This document shows, piece after piece, positions 1 through 11,100 of a stretch of DNA of 64,000 bases. The stretch lies in NCBI GenBank assembly GCA_040217195.1, contig JAVJNR010000009.1, positions 96,001-160,000 on the forward strand, read 5' to 3'. The notes under the pieces are model-generated. The model was not told the DNA's origin and did no database searches. It worked only from the letters and a program-made list of their open reading frames with translations. This DNA is from Leptospiraceae bacterium. Its GTDB lineage: Bacteria; Spirochaetota; Leptospiria; Leptospirales; Leptonemataceae. The number at the start of each line of letters is the position of its first letter. The first letter of the stretch is position 1. The position numbers and the translations under genes were made by a program.

Positions 1-2055
1 CGAGTGGAGGAACAGCGAAGCAGCATCGAAGGACTGGCTCGAATTACGCGAATCGCAGCCTCCACAGACAATCTGGACGAAATCCTGGATCAGATCTTTG
101 CCTATGTTCATAGAAGATACGGTATCGCATCCGGAGTGGTAATGCTACCCAATCCGGACGGAACCGAACTGGTAAGCTACCGGGTCTTTTCCTACGAGGA
201 TCGGGACGCTCTGGTCCTGCACGATGCCTTTGCATACGCCCAGAACCTGCGGCTTCCCATCGCAGAATCCGGAGGGATCCTGGCCAGAACCTTCCTTCGC
301 GGTAAACCCTTCTATGTGGCCGATGCCCGCCGGTTAGGTGTCTCAGACCGGGAGTATCCAGGGGCAGAGATGGACCGAGAGATAGCAAACAACCTAAAAT
401 ACCGCGGCTATTTCAGCCTGCCCATGCACGTCAAAGAAGAGCCTGTGGCACTGTTAAATTTTACCGCATACAAAGAAAGCTTCAAACTGAATCGAAGCGT
501 GCGAGAGGAATTAAAGACCCTTGCAGATCAATTGGCCGGCATCATTCGCACCAACAGCCTGGTCCGGGCTGTGCGCGAAGAAAGCAGAAGAGCCGCCCAG
601 GCAAAAAAAGAAACCGATATTCTGGCCAGGCTTTCCAGGAAGGCCAACGAAACCACAAATCTGCAGATGCTCAGTCAGGGAGTGTTCGATGTACTTAGAG
701 AAACCCTGAATCTGCAAAATCAGGGACTGTTTCTGGTAAACGACACCGATACAGAATTGGTTCCGGTACATTTTGACACCCATGAGAATATTCAGAACTG
801 GGATACCGAATTTCGCGTACCTTTAAAGCCCGAAGGAGGCACTCTGTTCAAGACCTGGACCAGACGAAAATCCACCTATCTGCCCCGACTTCCGTTGCAG
901 GGGGCGGCCTGGCCGGACCTGGAAATTGTGCGAAGGCTCAAGATTACCTCCGTTTTACAGATTCCACTGATTGTTACAGACCGGGTGGTGGCCATTTTTG
1001 CCTGCGGACCCACACGCTCCCTGTCCCGGGAAGAGATCCGATCCGCAGAAAGGTATTGCGAACAGATCGCCGGTGCAGTTCGAGTCATAGCTCTTTTGCA
1101 GGCCACTCAGGAAGCCAGGGAAGAGGCGGTGGTGGCCAAAGAGGAGGCTGAAGTGGCTCGCGCCGAATCCGATGCGCTTCTGGAAAATGTGCTGCCCAGC
1201 GCAGCCGCCCGGGAGCTCAAGGAAAGAGGACATGTGGAGCCCATCTATTATGATTCCGTTTCTGTGCTGTTTACAGACTTCGTGGGATTCACAAAAGCGG
1301 CGGCCAATTTGAGTCCGGCGGAACTCATCCAGGAGCTGGATGGCTGCTTTTCCCAGTTCGATGAAGTAAGCTGGCGCAACTCTATGGAAAAACTAAAGAC
1401 CATCGGCGATGCCTACATGTGCGCCGGTGGGCTTCCCGTGCCCAACGAAGGGCATGCCATCGATGCCTGCCTTACAGCTCTTGAGTTTAGAAGCTTTATG
1501 AAACAAATGGCCGAAGTCAAGCAACAACTGGGATTTCAATTCTGGCAGATTCGAATTGGTATCCACAGCGGTCCGGTAACGGCCGGGGTAATCGGTCAAA
1601 ACAAGTTCGCCTATGATATCTGGGGCGATACTGTAAACGTGGCCAGTCGAATGGAGTCATCCGGCAGCCCCGGAATGGTAAACATCTCCGGAGCCACGTA
1701 TGATCTGGTAAAAGATCTGTTCGAATGCGAGCATCGAGGCAAGGTGCAGGCCAAAGGAAAAGGAGAAATGGATATGTATTTTCTTCATCGAATCAAGCCA
1801 GAGCTTTCTGCAGATGAAGATGGTCTTCTGCCCAATGCAATGTTTGAGCTTGCACGCACCGATATGGACATGGAGGAGCTGGATGAACTGCGACGGGATG
1901 TGGCAGTCCTGAAGGGCGAAGTCTCCACGGAAGCAGCGGGGAATTCTAATAAGAATGGATCCAATTCCGGCCCTGACAGCCCGGGACGCAAAAAGAAAAA
2001 ACTGGCCGGGGCTCGTCCTCTTTCTGATATAGACGATAGTCGACAGGGATGGTAA
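1..2055 (+). CDS. Multi-GAF class III adenylate cyclase, 5'-truncated by the window edge (2 GAF modules visible + cyclase)
   Basis: Motifs VSVLFTDFVGFT, KLKTIGDAYM and YDIWGDTVNVASRMES. Frame is open to base 1. Paralogous to 8191-16713. Confidence 0.92.
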   Translation, partial: RVEEQRSSIEGLARITRIAASTDNLDEILDQIFAYVHRRYGIASGVVMLPNPDGTELVSYRVFSYEDRDALVLHDAFAYAQNLRLPIAESGGILARTFLRGKPFYVADARRLGVSDREYPGAEMDREIANNLKYRGYFSLPMHVKEEPVALLNFTAYKESFKLNRSVREELKTLADQLAGIIRTNSLVRAVREESRRAAQAKKETDILARLSRKANETTNLQMLSQGVFDVLRETLNLQNQGLFLVNDTDTELVPVHFDTHENIQNWDTEFRVPLKPEGGTLFKTWTRRKSTYLPRLPLQGAAWPDLEIVRRLKITSVLQIPLIVTDRVVAIFACGPTRSLSREEIRSAERYCEQIAGAVRVIALLQATQEAREEAVVAKEEAEVARAESDALLENVLPSAAARELKERGHVEPIYYDSVSVLFTDFVGFTKAAANLSPAELIQELDGCFSQFDEVSWRNSMEKLKTIGDAYMCAGGLPVPNEGHAIDACLTALEFRSFMKQMAEVKQQLGFQFWQIRIGIHSGPVTAGVIGQNKFAYDIWGDTVNVASRMESSGSPGMVNISGATYDLVKDLFECEHRGKVQAKGKGEMDMYFLHRIKPELSADEDGLLPNAMFELARTDMDMEELDELRRDVAVLKGEVSTEAAGNSNKNGSNSGPDSPGRKKKKLAGARPLSDIDDSRQGW

Positions 2056-2099
2056 ACCCTGAACCTGGAATGCCAGGGCCATTCCCGAGGCAGAACGAT

Positions 2100-2780
2100 T
2101 TAAATCAACTGCAACTCCTGAACCTTTCGAACCAGCTCCGCCCGATTGTGTACCTCAAGCTTCTTGTATATACTCTTCACGTAATCGTGCACTGTATGAG
2201 GACTTAGCAATAAGAACTCGGCCACGGATTTGATAGTTTTTCCTCGCACCATAAGCTCCAGAATCTGACGCTCCCGATCGGTCAAATTTGGCCCGGAAAG
2301 AGGGGCCTTCTGAAAGGAGGACATGACTCGCAATGCAATGGTGGGAGTTATCATGGCTCCACCTCCCAGCACAACGTGAATGGCATCGGCCAGGCTGGAA
2401 AGTTCAGATTTAAGAAGGTAACCTTTTACTCCGTTCTGGATGGCCTGGAAAATAGCTTCATCCGAAGTCAGGTTGCTCAGAATGATAATAGGAAGGTCCG
2501 GTTGCTTCAATGCCAGAATTCCAGCCAGTTGAATGCCGCTTATTCCAGATAGATCAATATCCAGAAGCAATAGATCCAGTTCCAACCGTGTTTCATCGCG
2601 CAAGAATAACTCGGCTGAATTCCAGGAGTGCACAGGAGGACGAACCACCGAAATGGCAGTGAGCTCAGAGATTAGATGATCCCTGTATACAGGGTCATTT
2701 TCAACGACTCCGACTCTGGAAGCCTTACTTCCCGGCCCTTCATCTGGAGTATTTTGGTTATCCATTATTTGTTCTTTCAT
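2100..2780 (-). CDS. NarL/LuxR-family response regulator
   Basis: REC domain (VGVVEND, LLLLDIDLSG, YLLK) plus LuxR HTH (LTDRERQILEL...IYKKLEVHNRAEL). Confidence 0.93.
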   Translation of the reverse strand: MKEQIMDNQNTPDEGPGSKASRVGVVENDPVYRDHLISELTAISVVRPPVHSWNSAELFLRDETRLELDLLLLDIDLSGISGIQLAGILALKQPDLPIIILSNLTSDEAIFQAIQNGVKGYLLKSELSSLADAIHVVLGGGAMITPTIALRVMSSFQKAPLSGPNLTDRERQILELMVRGKTIKSVAEFLLLSPHTVHDYVKSIYKKLEVHNRAELVRKVQELQLI

Positions 2781-2847
2781 AAGACCTTCCAGCGCACCAG
2801 AAGCTAGTATGTATTCAAATCTGTCATCCAGGGCGTTTCCGCAAATG

Positions 2848-2863
2848 CCCCCTGTTCAGGGGG
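2848..2863. promoter_or_regulatory. Palindromic site, copy 1 (CCCCCTGTTCAGGGGG)
   Basis: Near-perfect inverted repeat ~68 bp upstream of the regulator start at 2780. Recurs six times in the island. Confidence 0.65.
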
Positions 2864-2884
2864 TTTGCGTACAATATTTAATGG

Positions 2885-4774
2885 TTAATAGGGCAACTTC
2901 GCTCGAAAACAATAGGACTCTCCCAGAATTCGCACCCTGGTTACGCCGCCCATTTTACCGGCTCTTTTTCGAGCATGGACGGCTAAATGGGTCTCCGGTT
3001 CCTCCTCAGGCTCAGTCCTCGCGTAAATCGGAGCTGCGGCGGCCTCATTACGGATTCGATTCTTCTGACTCAGAAGCAGTGAATCCGATGTTGCAGCCAG
3101 CCGCCACACTGATTCGCCGGTACCGTATTTTAGATCATTCGTGCATAACTCCCGCGTAAGCTGAAGAAAGTCCATACGCAATGCATCATCACTTAGAGCT
3201 CGGTCCAGGGCATCTGGCCTTTCGCATTGAAATATCAGTTCTCGGCCTGAATCCGAATACCTTCGCAATAAGGAAAGCTGAATTCCAGTTGTAGGCTCCC
3301 TGGAGGCAAATTCCAGATCTTCCATGAATAGCAATTCACCGCGAAACAGATCATTTATCTCCGCTACCCTGGTCTGCAGCAATGATGAAGAATTTCCGGG
3401 TCCCAGTTCCCGGGACAACTGAATCTGCAAATCCACAAGCTTGCTTCCCAGAGTATCATGCAGATCATTTTCCAGGGACTGTCTTTGATGAATCAACGCT
3501 TCCTTACTTCTTTCCAGACGTATTCCAAGAGCCTTTTCGTTTTCCAGGCTTTCTTTATGCCTCTGTGCCACACCAATGCCCTGGAACAGTCCAAAGCTTA
3601 CAAATGCTAAAACAGCCAGATCCGCCGCCCCTTCTCGGCTCTGCCAGTTCTGAAAAATGGCCAGCAAACCGAATATACAGACGATGACCATCCCGAATCC
3701 CATGATCCGGGTGCTTCCTGCTTCCTGAAACGATCGAATCAAGACAATGTATGCACAAATAAGCAATACCGGACCGGCCACAAATAAATAGTATCCGTAC
3801 ATCAACATTGCCAGAACCGCCGTATCTGCAATCAGGGTTACTACAAAGGCTCCACAGACCGAAAGCAAGATAGCAAAAGGGATGCGGCCCAGGGCCGATG
3901 GAAACAGTCCGCGAAAATACATGAGCATTAACGGTGGACTCAAGATATTCAGAGTCATATTAAATCGATATTGCCACTCCCAGTTCAACTCCGGCCATAT
4001 ATCATGGATGGTCCTTTCTCCCAGCAAAGGAATGCGAAGAGCAAAACTAAGACATAGAAATGCAAATACCAGATAGGCCTTTTCTCTTCTTTGCATCCAG
4101 AACAGGAAAAGATTATAGAAAGCGATGGCACCCAGAAAGCCCGTGGCCAGGATTTCCAGAAAGTCCCTTCTGTTTTGAAGAGTCTTAATCTTATCTGGCC
4201 AACCTATTTCGAAGGCTGCCCGTAAGCCGCCGCGAAACGTATGGAAATTGGCAATATGCAGGATTATTTCAGTTCGGGGTTTCCGCGGCGTATATTCAAA
4301 GTAAAGTTCACCCCTGGATGGTTCCGTATTTGTTTCGCTTGTGCCTGGATGTCCATCACTGGCAAGAAGTTGTCCATCCACGTATACCCGGGCCGAAGTT
4401 AGCTGCTGGGAGAGAATAAATGCAATTGGTCGACCTTGAGGAAGATCCAGCAAGGTTCGATAGCTTGCATAACCCTTTCCAGTGGTTCCTGGTAGCCGGG
4501 TCCAGGGTCTCATGCCCTGGACTCTAAAATCCGGCTTCAGTCGTTCCGGGGCCGAAGACTGGATTGCCCCGGGTTCAATGTAGCGATTCCAGAAAAAATC
4601 CCAGACAGGCTCCACAACGGAGTATCCCTGGTGCTGCAGAGTATTGAGGTGCACTTTGGAAACTGGGTCACCCTGGATGGAAGCTTCCGAAGGCAATTTC
4701 CCCTGGCAATGAAGAGAGCTCAACACCAGCACGGACAGTAAGAAGCATTTGAGAAAGAAATTGAACACCTGCAC
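2885..4774 (-). CDS. 7TM-DISM membrane sensor with HisKA_3-like H-box and degenerate HATPase domain
   Basis: Signal/lipobox-like N-terminus, DISM ectodomain (WDFFW, GYASYR, HIANFH), ~7 hydrophobic segments, LENDLHDTLG, N-box-like ELCTNDLKYG. Confidence 0.8.
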   Translation of the reverse strand: MQVFNFFLKCFLLSVLVLSSLHCQGKLPSEASIQGDPVSKVHLNTLQHQGYSVVEPVWDFFWNRYIEPGAIQSSAPERLKPDFRVQGMRPWTRLPGTTGKGYASYRTLLDLPQGRPIAFILSQQLTSARVYVDGQLLASDGHPGTSETNTEPSRGELYFEYTPRKPRTEIILHIANFHTFRGGLRAAFEIGWPDKIKTLQNRRDFLEILATGFLGAIAFYNLFLFWMQRREKAYLVFAFLCLSFALRIPLLGERTIHDIWPELNWEWQYRFNMTLNILSPPLMLMYFRGLFPSALGRIPFAILLSVCGAFVVTLIADTAVLAMLMYGYYLFVAGPVLLICAYIVLIRSFQEAGSTRIMGFGMVIVCIFGLLAIFQNWQSREGAADLAVLAFVSFGLFQGIGVAQRHKESLENEKALGIRLERSKEALIHQRQSLENDLHDTLGSKLVDLQIQLSRELGPGNSSSLLQTRVAEINDLFRGELLFMEDLEFASREPTTGIQLSLLRRYSDSGRELIFQCERPDALDRALSDDALRMDFLQLTRELCTNDLKYGTGESVWRLAATSDSLLLSQKNRIRNEAAAAPIYARTEPEEEPETHLAVHARKRAGKMGGVTRVRILGESYCFRAKLPY

Positions 4775-4944
4775 CGCAAATTGTGACTATTCCATGAAGC
4801 GGGCAAGCGCATTCCAGAGAATTGTGGGCCCTCTTTTTTTACTGAAAATACTATAGCTCTGGAGGAAGCAATGGAGGAGTTCCCTTTGCTGCAGTTCCGG
4901 CAAAATCTGCCGCTCATTTTGAGCGATCCAATAAGGAATTGATC

Positions 4945-5727
4945 CTACATCAAGGACAGTTCCTGTACCTTTCGAACAAGCTCCGCCCGATTATGCACCT
5001 CCAGTTTCTTGTAGATGCTCTTTACATGATGATGAACTGTATGCGGGCTCAAGAGTAAAAACTCTGCCACCGAAGCGATGGTTTTTCCTTCCACCATAAG
5101 TTCGAGAATCTGCCTCTCCCGGTCCGTAATCTCCGGCGCCGGACTGCGCTCCTGTCTAAAGGAGGCCATTACACGCAATGCGATGGTAGGAGTAATCATA
5201 GCGCCGCCGCCAAGAACGATATCAATGGCATTCATCAGATTCTCCAGCTCCGATTTCAGCAGGTATCCGTTAACCCCATTCTTTATGGCTTCTACGATGG
5301 CTTCATCGGAAGTAAGATTGCTAAGGATAATGACCGTCAAATCCGGCTGTTTTACCGAAAGAATACCGGAAAGCTGAACGCCGCTAATGCCGGATAAATC
5401 GATGTCCAGAAGTAATAGATCGAGCTCATGCCTTTGTTCATCGCGCAGGAATTGTTCGGCGCTGGGCCAGGTAAGGATGGGCTCCTGAAACCGGCCAGAT
5501 GCCTTCAATTCGGCTACCAGAAAACGGCAGTATCTGGGATCGTTTTCTACCAGGCCAATCCGCAAACCGGTAGGGCGGCCATTTCGTTTGAGACCCGGCG
5601 CCGGAGTGCCTTTGCCCATTTCTTCTCTGGATTCTACTCTGGACCCTTCGCTTCCTTTGAATCCTTCTGATTCTGCGGATTCTCCAGATTCTTCGGATCC
5701 CATGATTCTGTTCGATTCTTCAGACAT
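4945..5727 (-). CDS. NarL/LuxR-family response regulator (paralog of 2100-2780)
   Basis: Same REC + LuxR HTH motifs, with a low-complexity N-terminal extension. Confidence 0.92.
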   Translation of the reverse strand: MSEESNRIMGSEESGESAESEGFKGSEGSRVESREEMGKGTPAPGLKRNGRPTGLRIGLVENDPRYCRFLVAELKASGRFQEPILTWPSAEQFLRDEQRHELDLLLLDIDLSGISGVQLSGILSVKQPDLTVIILSNLTSDEAIVEAIKNGVNGYLLKSELENLMNAIDIVLGGGAMITPTIALRVMASFRQERSPAPEITDRERQILELMVEGKTIASVAEFLLLSPHTVHHHVKSIYKKLEVHNRAELVRKVQELSLM

Positions 5728-5790
5728 AAGGTCCCCCGGACGAGATTCGCAGCGCTCCCTGTTGCGTCATGCAGCAAGCAGCAGAAAGCA

Positions 5791-5806
5791 TCCCCTGTTC
5801 AGGTGA
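5791..5806. promoter_or_regulatory. Palindromic site, copy 2 (TCCCCTGTTCAGGTGA)
   Basis: ~64 bp upstream of the regulator start at 5727. Overlaps the stop codon of the upstream sensor. Confidence 0.6.
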
Positions 5807-7892
5807 TTTTCGCTGCATCGGGCTTTCCGGGTATAGTAATCTGAACTGCAAAAACCGCTCCTATAATCCTTTTCCGCACTGTTCCATTCAATCGCCGGGC
5901 CCGTCGTCGTAGATGCTCCGGCGCAGCGGCCGAGTCCCCTCTCTGCCCCTTCACCCATACATTTTCGGAATCCCCGGAAGCTTCCCATGATTCCGGAGAG
6001 CCAAATCCTCCGCCCCGAATTGGATTCGCCTGATTCGTAGCGGCGGGCCCGGATGCCTCGGAAGAAGCGTTGGAAAGGCCAGGTTCATCTTCCGCTGCAA
6101 CGCCCGACCATTCCGGTCCCGGGGTTGAATCTTCGGATCGGATTCGATTCAACTGCAATAGTCTGATACAGCGATCCTTATCTATGGATATACGCCAGCG
6201 GGAATCCCGGACTCCGTATTTCAGATCGTTGGTACATATTTCCCGGGTAATCTGTAGAAACTCCATTCGAAAGGAATCATCCTGTAATTGGCTATCCAGC
6301 ATCGCACGGTCTTTCTCCGAAATACGAAACTTTAGCTCTCGACCGGCGCTGGAGTACCGGCGCAGAATCGATAGCTGAATGCCGGTAATCGGATCCCTGG
6401 ATGAATATTCCAGGTCTTCAATAAACAGAAGCTGCCCGCGAAACAACTGGTTTATTTCCTCAATCTGCTTTCGCAAGCCAGAGAGGCCAGCTTCATTTAT
6501 CCGGGCGGACTCCAGCTTCAGATCCACCAATCGACTCCCCAGGTTGTCATGCAGATCGTTTTCCAGGCTCTGCCTTTGATACGAAAGTGCCTGGCGGCTT
6601 CGTTCCAGATGCAAACCCAGCATCTTTTCTTTTTCAATACTTTCATTATGCCTCTGGGCCACTCCAATGGCCTGGAAAAAACCGAATGATACGAATGCAA
6701 GAATAGCTAGCTGCCCGGCATAATCCCTGGTATACCAGTTCTGATAGATTGCCATCACTCCCAGAATAGAGACTAATCCCATCCCCACAGCCATAGTTCG
6801 CCCACTACCTTTCTGGCGAATGCCATATACCAGCGCCATATAGAAGCCCAGGAGCAACGCTGGTCCGGCAGCCACCAGATAATAAGCAAACATGATGCGA
6901 CCCAGACTTATTGTATCCAGAAAAATACTGAGCGAAAAAGCACCGCATACGATTAGAAATCCGTAGAACAGTTTTCGATTCAAAGCAGCCGGGAACAGTC
7001 TATGGAAGAAAAGTAGCAAGAAAGGAGGGGTCACAATGTTCAAGCTCATGTTCGAACGATACTGGACCTCCCAGGACAAGCCCGGTAGTATTTCATGAAT
7101 CGTCTTTTCGCCCAGAAGAGGAATGCGAAGAGCAAAGCTCAAACATGTGAGCGCAAAAATTAGATAGACCCATTGACGCCTTTGAAGAGCGAAAAGAAAC
7201 AGGTGATAGAGAGCGATGGATCCCAGAAAACCAGAAGCCAGCAATTCCAGGCTTCTTTGCAGATTCCGGCTTTCCCGCACCTCATCCACAGGTCCCACCT
7301 GGATCATGCCCCGGGCACCCCCTCGGAAGGAATGAAAATTGGCAATGTGGAGCACTAGCTCGATCATTCCGCTTTGTGAAGTGTGTTCTATGATTAGATT
7401 CCCTCGGGCCGGCAGGGTTTCTTGCTCGGAGATGGCGGGCGAACCATCTACTGCCACTGCCTCCCCGTCAATAAAGACTCGAACCGAGGTAAGTTGCTGA
7501 GAGAGCCTGAATGCCAGAGGGATGTTCCTGGGCACAGGAATCAATGTCCTGTAGGTAGCATAACCGCTACTGGAATAACCTAACTTCTTCCAGATATCCA
7601 TGCCCCGGATTCTTCGGGAGGGGACTTCCTTCCTCGCTTGCTCGGGACTGAGCAGTTGCATCCAGTAGAAGTCCCATACCGGATGGACAATTTCAATGCG
7701 TCCTTCCTGTAGCGACCGTTTATAGACTTCGGACACCGGTTCCTTCTGCATTTCCCCTGATTGTAATTCGAAATGCAGCGGGGCCTCGCCATACAGATGA
7801 CTAACGTCCAGAGAATTACCAAAGCAAACTAAGGCAAATATGGGGAGTACGCGCCAGAGCCCAGGATTCTTTCGGTAAAAGGTCGAATGCAT
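5799..7892 (-). CDS. 7TM-DISM membrane sensor with HisKA_3-like H-box and degenerate HATPase domain (paralog of 2885-4774)
   Basis: LENDLHDNLG, EICTNDLKYG, 7TM region. The ATG at 7892 is preferred over the ORF-track start at 8015. Confidence 0.8.
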   Translation of the reverse strand: MHSTFYRKNPGLWRVLPIFALVCFGNSLDVSHLYGEAPLHFELQSGEMQKEPVSEVYKRSLQEGRIEIVHPVWDFYWMQLLSPEQARKEVPSRRIRGMDIWKKLGYSSSGYATYRTLIPVPRNIPLAFRLSQQLTSVRVFIDGEAVAVDGSPAISEQETLPARGNLIIEHTSQSGMIELVLHIANFHSFRGGARGMIQVGPVDEVRESRNLQRSLELLASGFLGSIALYHLFLFALQRRQWVYLIFALTCLSFALRIPLLGEKTIHEILPGLSWEVQYRSNMSLNIVTPPFLLLFFHRLFPAALNRKLFYGFLIVCGAFSLSIFLDTISLGRIMFAYYLVAAGPALLLGFYMALVYGIRQKGSGRTMAVGMGLVSILGVMAIYQNWYTRDYAGQLAILAFVSFGFFQAIGVAQRHNESIEKEKMLGLHLERSRQALSYQRQSLENDLHDNLGSRLVDLKLESARINEAGLSGLRKQIEEINQLFRGQLLFIEDLEYSSRDPITGIQLSILRRYSSAGRELKFRISEKDRAMLDSQLQDDSFRMEFLQITREICTNDLKYGVRDSRWRISIDKDRCIRLLQLNRIRSEDSTPGPEWSGVAAEDEPGLSNASSEASGPAATNQANPIRGGGFGSPESWEASGDSENVWVKGQRGDSAAAPEHLRRRARRLNGTVRKRIIGAVFAVQITIPGKPDAAKIT

Positions 7893-8031
7893 AAGGCCAG
7901 AGTAGCATTCTGCCCGGCTAAAGGTTCGCCAACAGCGGCCTGTACTTACATCGTAGCGGAGCAATGTACCACACAAACGATACAGGTTTTGAATTAATCG
8001 ATGAAACCGACTCAATCTGTCCTATTCCTTA

Positions 8032-8047
8032 TCCCCTGAACAGGTGG
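8032..8047. promoter_or_regulatory. Palindromic site, copy 3 (TCCCCTGAACAGGTGG)
   Basis: Lies in the divergent region between the sensor and the giant cyclase. Confidence 0.65.
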
Positions 8048-8190
8048 TTTTGGCCAGCTACACCCTGGAATCGATTGCCAGTCCATCGAAAATAGGATCG
8101 GGATGGTAGGAAATGCTAAAACCGGTAGGGGGTACCCACCTCAGGGTGGTAGATCCGGACCCGAAGTGCACCCTGGAAAAAGCAAATCCA

Positions 8191-11100
8191 ATGGATACAA
8201 ATCATAAAGACTACAAGAAGGCCGCAACCAGGCAGCGGGCGAGGGTTTCGCGCTCCAGCCTGCTACTGGCAAGTGTTTTGCTTCTTTCGGCTTCCCTGCC
8301 CGGCGCACTGTTGGCCGGGCCGACTTCCGCGGAGACCCGGGAGACCACAACTCCCGAGGCAAGAAACGGCATTCTGGATCTGCGGCAATGGGACTTCGAA
8401 CGCGACGGATCGGCCAAATTGAGTGGAGATTGGAAGCTGGTATGGAGCCAGTTCACCTCACCGAACCGGCCATTGAGAAACGCTCATGCCGCCCGCGTTC
8501 CCCGTAGCTGGGATCAGCTGGGAATCGAAGGTGTGGGCGGTCGCGGCTTCGGAACATTTCAACTTGTACTTCAAGGCCTGCCGGACACTGGACTGATGAT
8601 TTCACTACCTTCCATGACCGGTGCCTACCGGCTTTATTGTGGAGATTCGTTGATTGCTTCCACCGGCACCGCTGGCAGCTCCTTCGAGACAACGATCCCC
8701 AAACGCATTCCCCGCCTCGCCGCCCTTCCACCGAATTGTATCAAGGACAGCGGGGCTGTGCTCACCTGGCATGTTGCCAATTTTAGACATCGAACCGGTG
8801 GCGGCGCGGCCGAGCTAACTTCCACGATGACCATCGGGCTGCCCGCTCAAATGATGGGTTCCGTGTATCAAAGGCATCTTTCCGATCTTTCCCTGCTTGC
8901 CATCGCATTCATTATGGGTCTCTATCATCTGGTCTTCTGGCTTTTTCGCCGTAATGACATCCAGTTGATTCTCTTTTCCGCCGTGGCCAGCCTGTTCTGC
9001 GTCCGCATTATTGGAACGCAAACACTTTTACAACAGGCCTTTCCCGCAGCCGATTTTTACGAGTTTGAGTTCATGCTGGAATACCTGGGCTACTATCTGC
9101 TCGTTCCGGTGTTTTTCTCATACCTGCGAGCCTGGTATCCCCGGGAATTCAATCGCATTGTATCATACGCGCTCTGGACCGTCGCGGCGCTGTTTTCAGC
9201 TACTGTTCTCTTTGGTCCCGTAGACTTTTATAGCAATTTCATTCGGTATTATGAATCGGTGAGCCTGGCTGCCTTCCTCTACACTCTGATCGCGCTTGGT
9301 ATTGCAATTGCTCGAAAACATCGCGGCGCCTGGATTATCAGCGCCGGTGTCTGGATTATCATTGGAACCGCAACCCACGACATCCTGGGCAATATGGGTG
9401 TCCTTCAATCCGAGACGTATCTGGCACAGTTTGGCTTTCTTACATTTCTTCTGTCTCAGTCTTCTCTGATGGCAGCCCTTTTTTCGGATGCCTTTCGACG
9501 CGCCGAAGATCTTTCGGAAAACCTGGAAAAAAAGGTAGTTTCCCGGACAGAGGAGCTGGCCCGGGAAAAGGATCATGCAGAGACAGCCCGGGCTACTGCT
9601 CTTGCGGCGCAGTCTGAATCGGAAATCCTGGCCGATCTTGCTCAGCAGGCCAATCGGGGAACCGATGCCAGAAGTTTGCTGGAGCCTCTGGCGCAAATTC
9701 TGATTTCCAGGCTGGGAGCGGATCGTCTGGGACTGTGGCTTGCTCGAGAGGACGGATACCTGCATCTGGTGGCAGGATATTCGGACGGCAGCCCCACAGA
9801 TCCAGGTCAGTACTCCGACATTGTGGCCCGGATCAGCACAGGCGAAGAAGGGGGAATCCTTGCCCGAGGGCTTCGGGAAGGACGAACCATCTATACTCCC
9901 AGAGTTAATCAAAAGTACCTGGAGTCATCGCCGGTAGATCGAGAAATCCAATCCACCTGGAATTTTGACTGGTTCGTAAATATACCTCTTCTGGTGCAGC
10001 AACGCTCTGTAGGTTTGATTGCCGCCTCCGGACCGAAGGCGCAAAGGATTCCTAAAACGGAAATCAAGTTTCTGGAAAGAGCTGCGGCCACCGTGGCCGG
10101 CGCCACCCAAAAGCAAAGCCTATTAGAGCGGATTGAAGCAGAAAAGAATCAGGCGGAGTCCCTTAGAATCGAAGCCGAGCGCGAAAAAGAAGAAAGCGAG
10201 CTACTGGCGGAACTGGCCCGGGAAACCAACCAGGGAGCAAGCATCGAAGAATTGCTGGCTCCCATTTATCGCGCTTCCCGCTCCCGCATAGGAGCGCGAA
10301 ACATCGCTCTGTATCTGGCAGATGAATCAAATCGAATTTTGAAGCTGCGCGCCAGCTACAGCAAAGGACGAAGCGATACCCCGGCGGATTATCCGGAAAT
10401 ACTGCAAGACGTTCCCGTAGAAGACAGAGACAACAGTCTGATTCGCACCTATCTGAGGGGACGTTCCAATTTTCAAGACCGAATGGATCCGGAAATTCTC
10501 AAAGAATATCCGGTGGATCAGGCTCTCTACGAACAATGGAACTATGACTGGGCGGCCATTGTGCCTCTGACCATCAAGGGCCAGTCCATGGGTCTTATTG
10601 TCTGGTCCGGTGAGGGCAAGAATCAAATCTCTCGCTCCGATTTACCCTTCCTGGAAAGCGTGGCCGACATCATCACCGGCGCCATACATAATTTGCAGCT
10701 GCTGGAGCAGGTAAAAGAGAAACAAAGCATCGCAGAGCAGGAAAGACAGGCCACGGAGATGCTGGCGGAGCTCTCCAGGAAAGCCATGGAAGGCGGCAAA
10801 CTGGAAGAGATTGTGCGCTCCCTTTCGGATTTTCTAAGACCCATGGTGGGTAATCATGGCGTTAGCCTGTATCTGCCAGATCCGGAGGCGAGGCTACTTG
10901 TTCAGCAGACGGCTTCCGAAAACGGTAAGGTCCTTCCGCTGGATACGATTCCGGACATTGTTCGCAACGTCCCTCTGGCTTCCGAAGGCGGTAGTCTGCC
11001 AATTGTTTTTGGCAGCGGCAAGCCAATGTACTTCGCTCGAATCACGCAGAGAATGCTAGACAGCAGCGAAGTGGACCGGGCAGTAGCTGACCATTTCAAA

